The position numbers and the translations under genes are program-made. This document shows, one piece after another, positions 11,201 through 23,200 of a stretch of 64,000 nt of DNA. Below the pieces are notes generated by a model. That model was not told where the DNA came from. It was given only the letters and a program-made list of their open reading frames with translations, and searched no databases. The stretch spans positions 1 through 64,000 of the forward strand of contig JAUCBJ010001977.1 in NCBI GenBank assembly GCA_032718475.1, written 5' to 3'. Position 1 is the first letter of the stretch. Each line of letters begins with the position of its first letter. The DNA is from Nemertoderma westbladi. Lineage: Eukaryota; Animalia; Xenacoelomorpha.

Positions 11201-14200
11201 TAATATTTCAGAAGTGTAAAATAAAGTAAGTGTTACCGAAAACCCGCCTCATATACTATGAACTTTAATGAATTTAATCCAAAATTACACGGGATCTCGA
11301 GAGTAATAATCCCGGTCCCGATCCCGGAAATCCCGAAAAGTCTGAATTCGAATATAAACTAAATAAACAACAAACTGAATAGGACTCTAAACTACAACTT
11401 AATTAATGGACCTGTGTATACTGTATGGTATTGGAAATGCGAGATGATACTGTATTTTCATGTAAATATTTAGGTAATTTGAATCATTTATTAATAATCA
11501 ATAATGCAATGTTTATCCTGGCCTTAAAGCATGGTTGATAAAATTCATGATTTTAAAAAAATAAAAAAAATCTGATTTTTTTTATTTAAATCAAACAACC
11601 CTGATTAGCTCCACAACGCAAATTGACTAAATGTGAAATGTCAGTGATATAAATGGAAACGAATGCTGTACAGTAAGAAGTGGCAACTCTGCCGTGCAAT
11701 GTAAAAAGGCCGCAAGTCACAAACAGTCATTTCGAGTAAAACGCAAATTAGTGCTTGCCTTCAGATTGTTGGTTTAAAATGTCCGTAAATTACTAATTTT
11801 TTATAACCCGACGCAATTGGGGGTGGGAAATTTTTCTACGTGATTATTTTTCACTTTCCATTAATATTTTGACTTCAGGGTAATTTTTTCTACTTACGGT
11901 GTTTTTGCATTGTACAACCTGTAAGTAAATACATTTCAAAACACATATTTCAATAAAACCGTATGTGCCCGTATGTGCGTTTTCTTATTATGCAATGACA
12001 AAACGCCGCAAGTCTTGTTGACCTGCGGTTTTTTGGCATAAATTTAAGTGACTTACGGTATTTTTCCTTTGTAACACTATACATATGTTGTTACTTACGG
12101 CCTTTCTACATTGAATATCTCGAGAACTAGAGTAGACGGTGTTCTCGAATATACCATTAGATACAGCGCATTTGTTAGACGTAAACAAAAGTGAATTTTG
12201 GAAAAATGCGACTTTCTGTCTTTTTACATTGCACGGCAGAGCTGTCCAGTCCATATTGTCAAAACAAAAGGACATTGGCGACATTAATATGCAACTTTCA
12301 GCAGTTCCACTTACTATATTGGTAGTTTCTAAACTTTTTAGTATTTAGTATGGACTATATAAGTATTTACTAATTTGTTATGAAAGTTGCGGGCGGGACA
12401 TTAATTGAAACATTATAAAATTCCAAACTGATGTTTGTGTTATGAACATAGAGCCAATTTTTGTCGTTTGCATTCGCTGCCATCTTTCTCCCCAATTGGT
12501 GTTGCTTTAAATTTCCCGTAATCCCACAATATTCGATAAACAAGTATATATATAATGTCCCATCCGCAACATTCATAATGAACCAGAAGTAGGATTTTAC
12601 GTAGACACCAACTAAATATTAAGTTGTATCACTGTGGTCATTGTAGTACATAATATTAAACAATTATCTGTGACGTATTTTTTGTGACAATTATCATTTA
12701 TCACTTCATATTTCCCTAAAGTTGGTTTCACAGATGCGCTGCTGAATTTCTTAGATTTTATAAATAAATAAAGTTGGAGGTATTTACGTATTTTTATATA
12801 TGTATTTCCGGTCTGGAGACGAGGGCTTTCAAACAAAATAATAGCCAAATCGCATAGAGATTGAAGGAGGAGATACATTTTTAGTGACTATAAGTGGCCA
12901 AAAAATGAAATGGGGTGATACTCATCAAATCTGTACCGCGTTGCGGGCGGGACAAAGGTCGAAAAATAGTTTTCAGAAAGTTAAATTATTATTCCAGTAC
13001 TAAAATATTGTTCATATTTCGTGAAATTGGCTATAAGCCAATCAGTTTTAGGTGTGAGACCACGGAAATGGAAAGCCCGTCCAATTACCTTTCAAAATAT
13101 AAATATATACCCTAGCATCCAATCCAGTACTATAATGTATTTTAAACATTTCCAAAATGTTGCCAAATCCGACTACCCCCCCCCCCCCCCCTCCCTAAAT
13201 TAGTTTCCGAAAATCGGATTAATAAAAAAGTAATAATGAAATTAATATAAAGGTTACTTTACCACACAACCACACTTTAAGGAGGGGGGGGGGGGGGGGG
13301 GTGCTGTAAGAACCCCACCATTTTAGAAATTGTCAAGCCTTCGAGCAGCACGATATGTTACAATTGAATAAGGCCCTTTTCATCAAAATGGTTCTCAAGG
13401 TTACAGATTTAAATAAAATTGCTATCCCCCAAGGTGGTTTTATTAGTTATATATATTTTTTTTTTAGCGAGGATGAACAATTTATTGTTGAACAAAGACA
13501 AATGGTATAAATATCGGGAAGGTGTTAATTGCTCCTTATACTTTAAACATATTTATCGCAGAATGAAATTTTTCATGAAAAAGGCTTTTTATCCGACAAT
13601 TTTTACTGAAATGAGTTGAAATTTGGTACACTTGTTCAGAATACTATAACAGCGCTTTATGGGGCCTTTTAGTTCTAAAATGATCCCATGCCATATTAGC
13701 GGATAAAAGTTTGGACGCAGTTTTGTCTTCTGAACTTATAGTACAAGTATGATACTGATGTTCATTGTGGGGCCAATTTTAAAAATATTTTAAATACATA
13801 AATTATTTTCTCCCAATTTTAGGGTCCAGAGACGCCAAAGTGTGATGTTCCATTTGGGGGTGCTACACACCCCCCCACTACATCCCCAATAATTATAAAT
13901 TATTATAGTTAAATTATTTTATTAATTCATTAAATAATAAATTTCCGGAAATATGTCTAGGTAATTTCTTCGGGAAATTTCCGGACATCCATCCAAGTAA
14001 AACACCTCTAAATTAGGGTAAAAATGAACACCTCTTACAGTAGGGGAAGGAAAATGAACACCTACCTCGTTACCCAGATCCTCTTCCGTTGTGTTGGGAC
14101 ACGGACACATTGTAACCCGAGCTGGTTTGTGGGGTATCGGTTTACTGGGTAACGCAGTGTAGCAAGCGTTAGTGGTTTCTGGTACCACAACGAATATTAG

Positions 14201-17200
14201 GTTAGTAAAGGGAATGGGAACCACAGAGACCGATCTAAAAACGATGTAATATTAACATTAACCTGACCTACAGTATGTACCTATACCGCTAGGGAACATT
14301 TGACAGACAACCATTAGGAATATCTTAACTAGTGTACACCAGTACACCCATGTCCCAGAATATAGTGTCGTAATTCAGTGACACCCCCCCCCCCCCCCCC
14401 CCCCTAATTTTTCTACAAATCTTAATGAGATTGCATGACATAGAATAAAATAGCCTCGCGCCGGTGCATAATCGTGCAACATTTGAACGCCCATAACTCA
14501 GCTATTTTTCCTGGAAATTCAAATTGTGTTACATATTTGGAATCCTTGCAGGGCCAGCTTTCCATTGGTACCAACAAACAGCTATAAGGTAGAAGAATTA
14601 CTGCGGTGTATCTGGTGTAATATCGCTGGAGACACTTTTTTTAAACGCTTGTAGCTAAAGATTGAAGCAAAAATAAAACTTCTGGCTCACCCAGTCAGTG
14701 GTCGGGAGGTGAAACTATCTCTGTTTCAAATTTCATGCAATCTCATTAAGATTTTGTAGAAAAATTAGGGGGGGGGGGGGGGGGGGGGTTGGGGGTGTCA
14801 CTGAATTACGACACTATATTCTGGGACATGGTGTATACAGACCTGGAAGAGCACGAGGTTGTACTCTTAGAGTAGTCAACGGTGATTTCAACAGATTTCA
14901 AGGGATCGTTGAAGTAGTATTGAGTTCTCTCGGTTACACAGGGTTCTCGCAATGTCTCATTCGCCGGGTAGATTCGTTCTAATCCCTGCTGTACCACGAT
15001 GGGACCCGAGTTATCGTTGCCAAGGGCTTGGCCAATCAGCGAGTAGGGCATTACCAATGAGAGAATGTGATAGGTAAATATTCGCAGGAAATTCCTAAAA
15101 TAAACAAATTAGGAAACCGTTGCAACAACAACAACTGCTTTATGTAATTAAGTTAGTGTGTTCATTTAGGCTGCGTTCACACTACCGAGTCAAAGTCAAA
15201 AGAAAATAAATATAGCTATCTAGCAATAATAAATAATAATACATTATATAGGCCTAATATAAAACATAAGGCATTCTAAAGAAATTAAATTTCATGTGAT
15301 GTGATTTACATTTTGTCTTTTGACTTCGACTCGGTAGTGTGAACGCGGCCTTAAGTGTGTTAAACTACATTTATTTTTAAAAATAGTAAAAGGCACTAGG
15401 CAATAGGAATGCAGTATGACAAATAAGGCCGGCCTCACACGAAGCCACTTTTGATGCTACAACTTGTGACCGTAAGAAAAGCTGCTCGTGCGGTGATCAG
15501 GAATAAATTGCATGCACTCAGATAGAAACGAGAGAAAGCCGCCCCAATATTAGAGAGAAAGCCGCCCCAATATTAGAGAGAAAGCCGCCCAAATATTAGA
15601 GAGAAAGCCGCCCCAATATTAGATTATAACAACATTTCCATTGGTAAGGAAGTGGAGGAAAGGCCCGACTCTCAATTTTTTCGTTTATATTATGCGATCA
15701 ATTTTCACTCGTCATGAACCCAACATTTATGTAACCTTTTGTTAAATTTGTTCGCTATGCGTTTGCGGCTGTTTGGGCGCGTGTGGTACACTTTTCATAA
15801 TGAAACATTTTGGTTGTGAAATGTTACAGCGATCAGAGCTATTTCATTTCACATTTAGTGTGGGAGGAAGAACATACAACGTTGTATTGTATAGTAGGCC
15901 CTATACTGTAACTAATTATGTAACGAAATAATTGGTTTGTGGATTAAATTGGAGGCCTCCCCAAATTGTTGATATTATAATAAATTAGTGCGGTAGGTAC
16001 CACGATTCTATGCGATGCGTATTCTATTCTAGAATTTATATGTTTGTTATTAATTAATTAATTGTGATGTTTGTTTATTGTTATTTGTATCGTCATTACA
16101 AAGTACCAACTACTAAATAATAAGAACCACAATCATTGTTGTACATTATGTATGTTAAGTAGGGCATCACCACACACGGCAAAGGGAATCAGGTATCTAA
16201 AAGAAGTCAATTGGCCTTCAGATGTGTTATTAGCGAAGGTAAGAATTCAGACAATAATTGTAACGGAAATATTCCAGCGCACGAAGTTAAGTAAAATGGT
16301 GAAAATGAGAAATGAAAACTCAGAAAATGGTTGTTAGATCAATAATTAATATTAATAATAACATTCGGCTAGAGTTTCTTATTCATGGCAGGAGGGTGTC
16401 GACAGGGCGAAGTACTGTAGTACCAAAAATACGTTTCATTTTCGGAATATCTGCCTATATCATATGGCGATTATTGGATAACTGTTTTCATATTATGAAT
16501 CTACAGATGAAGATGATTCCAAAAATATCTACATTTTATTTCAACAACTAAAAAAAGCCGCCACAGGTTGAAAATTACACATTTTAACAGCTTTTGGTAG
16601 AGATCGAGATGTCAAAAAATACGGTACTCTAGTATTTACTAGGTAATAGTATATTATGTCCTAGAAAATAATCCAACATAATATTTTTTATGGTAGCTAG
16701 GCCTACTATATTTCAAAATACTAGCTATCAAAAATACAATGCATCGAGGGGGATTGACGCAAATCTAAATCTATATTATTCTAGCCAAAACAATAAGCGA
16801 AAGTGAACAGTTCATGTTGCAGTTTAATTTTTGCTCGAAATCAGCTATTATTTGAGTTTGATTGAAAAAATAGGGGTCCAAATAGTGAGAATGATATAGT
16901 GATTTAACTGGTGTAGTTCAGTGTCACAGTGTGGATGGATAGGTGTTGCTACGGACAACCCTTCCTTGTAGTTTTCTGTAACTAAGTGAAATAAATAGTT
17001 GTTTTGGGTTGCTGTTAACCTACAGTAACTATCAACAAGGCTGTCGTTGTTATGGGAGAAAGTTTTTTAATAGATTGGATGGGTATCGATTTAAAGCCAA
17101 CAGCAGACCATGGTTACCAACGGGAAGAAGTTAGACTGACAGGCAGCGGTGACACAACCAGCAACATTTTATAAAGCGACAATGGGGAACAGAAGACCTA

Positions 17201-20200
17201 GGTAATTATTAATTTACTGGAAAATACATCAAAGGAATTGTTGATTCTAAGTAAATACCTTGATTTTACACTCTAATTGTTTTATTTTAACAATAGCAGT
17301 CCAAATTAACTATTTCGTAATTACCTCACAAATCTATCACACTCAATCTATTTTAAGTCTAATTATCCGTAGATCGAAACCAAAGGTAATTAGGGGCTGC
17401 ATGAGGAAGTCAACCCGCGTCGGTCGGAAATCAACGAAACGCGTGCGGTTCAGTGCCGAATCGCCCGATGTAAAGACGTTCGAATCAGGGGGAGACGCCA
17501 TCCCCAATTCGTTGAAGAGTTGTTTCAGAAGTCGTACTTGGAAATTATTCCCTCACACATTCCTCGTGAGGAGAGTGACATTTAGCCCTGAACCTCCGGA
17601 TATGAGAATGATACCCGAAAGAAAAACATAACATTGTGTTTATCTCTCGAACAATTGAGCATTGCGCCTCTACTAGTGGCGTGTCAAAAATAACTAGCAT
17701 AACTATCTGTCAAACATTGACAGCGACTTACAATTTGCAAATGCATTAACTAACATAAATAGAAGCAGCACACCTACTTTATGTTACTAACTGTTGTTAG
17801 TACATAGGAAACGCCCATCTTTAGGGACGTCTGAAAAACTCTCCGCCCCTACATTATTCCTCCTACACGTCCATCATTCGAAATTAATTGGTTTTAAACT
17901 AAGCCAGAAAAGTTTTGTGACATACGAATGAGTGTCTTATTTCTAATTATATAACTCATGATCCGATCTGTCTATTTAAACCTCGAAAGACTCACGCTTT
18001 CCTAATAATATTGAATAACAATTAAGGCATATTAGATTTACCAAGGCATGACCTTTCTAAAGATATCTTTAGTAGGCCATGTAAACAATTTCGCTGAATT
18101 CATTCACAGTTCCAGAATGTTGAACAACAAATATTATATGGAAAATTAGATTCGCGACTTTTACTACAACAGACTTTGCACTGCTGTGCGACGGAAGGGC
18201 GGACTTTAGGTTAAAATAACGTGCCGCTGTAACCTGCTCATTTCTCGTAATTAATAATAATTAGCATTAAGACGAGATATTAACTCTCAGAGTTGATATT
18301 TGCACCATGCCCCCCCCCCCCCCCCCCCCCTGTGCCATCATACATTATAACATTTAAAAAGCTCTATTAAACTTTTGAGTTTATTAAACTACAGTATCAG
18401 TAAATGGCAGATAGGGAGAGGGGTGGGGGGAGGGGGGGGGGGGGGGAACTGAACGCAATAAAAATTCATCCCTCCCCAGGGGAAATTCGACGCAAATAAC
18501 AGCTGATTACTCTCAAAAGTAAAACTGTAACGTGTTTTATTGTGATTAGTTTATTCTTTTGGTTAAAAAAAACAGGCCACTGTAACCAGCTCCTTTCCCT
18601 AAATTGAGAATTTAACATTGATGCGGGATATTAATTCGCCAAGATGGGATTTGCGTCCAGTTCCCCCCCCCCCCCCCTGTCTCGTAAATGGAGAGTGGAG
18701 TGATAAATTAAGGGGCTCCGTTCTGATTAAATGCGAGAGAATAACATCCCGCAGCGAGAATGACATCTCGCAGGGGGATATTTTCATGTTCATTTCATTT
18801 TACCAGAACGGCGCCAAAATTAAATGCGAAGACGCTAATAAATCGTATATTATTCCATACCAAAGAAAAATGTACAAGTCCGGCTGGAGTCTGGAACATT
18901 GTTTGTTATTATGATCTGACGAGGAAGAACAGGGCAAGAAAAATATTTTATAATTCAACGAGCTTGTAAAGCATGTAATAATACGTCTTTAAATCGTAAA
19001 CAATCCTACTATTAAGTAAGGATTGATGCCACCGATGCCTCGACACTAATGGGGGTCATGCTAGCTTCACGCATTGTGAACGGGTTATTAATAGTTTCTC
19101 AAGCTAGCTTGGAACGCGTTCATACGCGATACTGGCTTAGCGAATCTGGCTCCAGCTTCAAGCTGGCATCGTGGCAATGTGAGCGGGACGGGCCTCGCTT
19201 ATGTTATACCACGACGGCGGGGGTGTGGTGCTGGTGTTCTGTTCTAGTCTATTTCATTTACTGTAATTCCCGGCTTACGCCCCTGTGGCTATATTCTTGA
19301 TTAAAAGATTACTAATAAAATGGTCGTACACATGCACTGATAAAAAAAACTATACGTGTATGTACGTAGTAATAAATAATAAATAATAAGTTGATAATTT
19401 GTATAGCGCCGAATTTACAACAATAGAAGTACTCTAAGGCGCTTACGTCACAAGCAATATAACATTAAAACTAGCAGTGCAATTAAAAAAAAATTATAGT
19501 AGTCACTAACGATAAAACGTGCAGTTCGAAATGACTAAAAGTTATTACAATCGTTAAAAAGTGGAACATACAGTACAAATTGATATATATACTCGCCGTA
19601 AATGAAACGTACAGTAAAAAATATTTAATAAAAAAATTAATTAGCATAGTTAAAAGGTGTAGTTGACGGACGTACTGAAACAATAAAAACGACCAATGTG
19701 GTAATAAAATGGACACAAACACTAAAAAAACGTATGAAGAACAAATTGAAAGAAGTTTACAGTTTTTGGAGAGTTGATTGGATATCTAGAGTTGGAATAA
19801 AATAATTAGAGAGTTCATGTTTTGGAGTTTAATTATATGCAATTTCAAAAGTACGTACGATATTGTATGATATTATTGATATTGTATGAAAACAACTCTT
19901 AACGCAATAGTAGTAAGATAAAGGTGTAAAAATATATTCATGAATTGCATAAAAAAAACATCAGTTATTCAGCAAAGTGCTAAGCTAATGCTACTGGTAA
20001 TTGAAATATTACCAATGTAAAAGTATTTAAAAGCGTCTTTTATTGGTAGTTGTGTGGAGATATCTTTCGTTAGAATGGGTTGTACGGAGCATCGGTGAGT
20101 TGTAATCGAGGCCAAGCTTGGGAGGCTCATTCCCCAGGCTCCAACTCCGTGGTCTTCAAATAGATTCAGTCGGAATTCACCTGTTTAGTGCCTAGGCAGC

Positions 20201-23200
20201 TAGGTAGGGTAATGTGCAACAAGAAAACGTGTTTGCTATTATTACAGTTGAATGCAGAGTATTATTATGGACCTACACTTCTCTTTCATTAATTATTGTC
20301 TCCAGTGGAAATGCATTGAGATGAGATCTGTACTATACATATGCTATGCTATAACATCTGTACTATAGCAACAGGAAAATGCTGAAATAGTAGGCCTACG
20401 CAACTAGGAATAATTTATAACATTACTTACTGTAATGCAGGTATCTATCCTGTTATTTGCTGAAGGGATAGGCCTATTAACTAGCAATGAAAATTACAGA
20501 CACTGTAGTTCGAAGTTTTCGAGTGGCCAAACTCTTCAGGGAGAACCACCAGCGAATAAACTCCATAGATTTCTCGCACAATGGAGAAACATTAATATCG
20601 AGTAGCGACGACGATTCTATCGGCATCTACGACTGCCAAACAGGAATGCCAAAGAAAACTCTGTATAGCAAGAAATACGGCGTCGACTTTATCCGGTACA
20701 CGCACAACCATACAACCGTTATTTATAGCTCGAACAAAGTAGACGATACAATTAGATACCTATCTCTCCATGACAACAAATATATTAGATATTTTCATGG
20801 TCACACCAAGAAGGTGGTCACAATGTGCATGTGTCCAGCAGATGATACTTTCCTATCTGGTTCCCTAGACAACACAATACGACTTTGGGACCTGAGGTCT
20901 CCCTCTTGTCAGGGCGTCATGCATCTTCCGGGACGTCCGGTGGCTGCCTTCGATCCCGAAGGACTCATCTTCGCCGCGGGTTATCACTCGGAAACCCTCA
21001 AACTATACGACCTCCGCTCCTACGACAAGGGACCTTTTAACACGTTCAAACTCCAGAAGGATAGCGACTGCGACTGGACCAGCATGAAGTTCTCTTCGGA
21101 CGGTAAGATAATTCTCATATCGACCAACGGCAGCGTCGTACGACTAATCGACGCCTTCAACGGTAACAATCTGCAAACATTTACGGGATATACGAACAGT
21201 AAAGGAATCCCGTTGGAAGCGAGTTTCACTCCCGACTCCCAGTTCGTATTGGTTGGTTCAACCGATTCGAAGATACATTGGTGGAACGCGGAAACCGGTA
21301 CCAAAACCGCAGTTATTGAATCGAAACACTCCGGCCCCATTCAGAACATTCAGTTCAACCCTAAATTTATGATGTTTGCGACAACCTGTAGTCACATGCA
21401 TTTCTGGTTGCCAAGCATTGACGAGTAGTGACAGAGTGACCATGACCAACAGGTAACCAGCAAACAACAGCGGGAAATGAAATAATTATAGAAATAAAGT
21501 AAATTACGAGCGGCCGAAACCACAAGAAAACTGGAGGGGAACAGATGGACAAGGGGAATAGTGGAATAACTAACTATTATTAGGATAACTAACTGTTAGT
21601 ATATATGAATATAGATTTGTACATTTGTATATAGGAGAGCCGAAACAACATTGTTTTACCTGCTGTTACCAACTGTTACTTGGATAACTTATTATCAGGC
21701 AATCCTTATAACTCAACTGGACTTGTATAATATCGACTCATTTTTGTAATTGAATTGACTTTTATTTGCTTTTAATCCGGTTTTTATTGTTTACTTTACC
21801 TACAGTACTTAGAGACTATAGTCAAGTCAAGTCAGGCGGTTCGTGGTTGGTATTTTGCGTTTTGTATTACAAACACCCAGAAATTCAGACAAAATCCTGA
21901 AAAATCGGCCCAAGGGAACAACCCGCTCAAATTGATAGAAGTCCTAAAAAATTAAATAAAATTTCAAATCCAGGGGCGCAGTAGGGAAGTTTAACAATTG
22001 AATTATTCCGGCCATTAATAAATAATGCAAATTTTCAATTTAAGGAAAGGAACAGGTTACAGTTATTCATTGTTTATCTTTCTTTACCCTTCCACGGCCT
22101 AACTGACTCATTATTTCAATTCATATCAATGTTGTTTAAGAATAAATAAAGCATAAAAGTTCAAACTATATCTCGACATTATTGCCACATTTCCAATTTC
22201 AATAAACTTGTTTAATGTTAATAAACTTGCATTTGAAAAATAATCGCATCGATAGAGTTTTACGCATCTATCCATGGCCTACAACATTCGCTGAACCTTG
22301 CATTGAACGGCCATACTATACTGGTTCGCTTATTGCGAACCATGGTGATCTACAACAGTTTAAGGTTATGCGACTGGGGCCATAATTTAAATTGAAAATA
22401 TCTTATATTGGGAGAGTTCTTCTATAATAATTAACATATGGTAGCTAGTGTTTTAGGTAGGTCTAACTGTGACGCAGGTTCCCTAGTCAATATATACTTT
22501 TCCCTTCCAATTAGTTATCATAGCATCTACTTGTTTATATTTAAGTACAGAAAGTGTGCCTGAATAAGTTAGCTATTTATTTTGATAAAATAAATGTATT
22601 TGTAAAGTTTTTTTATCGAACAAATCGCGATTGTATTTAAAAAGCTGTGGTTGTTTCTAAAACGTGTTTAAAATTGTTTTTATTTATTTGTGTGGAATTA
22701 ATTTCGCACTACCAAATCTCCAGGGCGTCATATTTTCCAGCTTTACATCGAGTGCGACATTATTTCTCATAAACTAAACACAATAGAACTGGTTACAGTT
22801 TTATTTTTGAGCGTTATCAGCTGTTATTTGCGTCGAATTTCCCCTGGAGAGGGATTAATTTTTATTGCGTCCAGTTCCCCCCCCCCCCCCCCCCCCCCCT
22901 ATCTGAAAAAATCTATATACTTAAAGCGCTGCACGCAAGGTGGAACTGCGATTGAAGTATCTAAACTTAATCTTCACGTTTTGTACTGATTTTGGAGAGA
23001 TTATGACTACCGTAACGGATTTTAATTTAACTCTATAATGATTTCCTTATGCCATTTCCTTATCGGTCTGTTTGGATTTGCCAATAATAAAGTAGTACAA
23101 AGCTTTCGTAAGAATGCGAAATTAAAATCATTAAGGAAAGGAAATTGAGGAAATTATTTTCAAAAATAATTGCTTCTTTTTACTGTAGCCTGAGAGAGGC

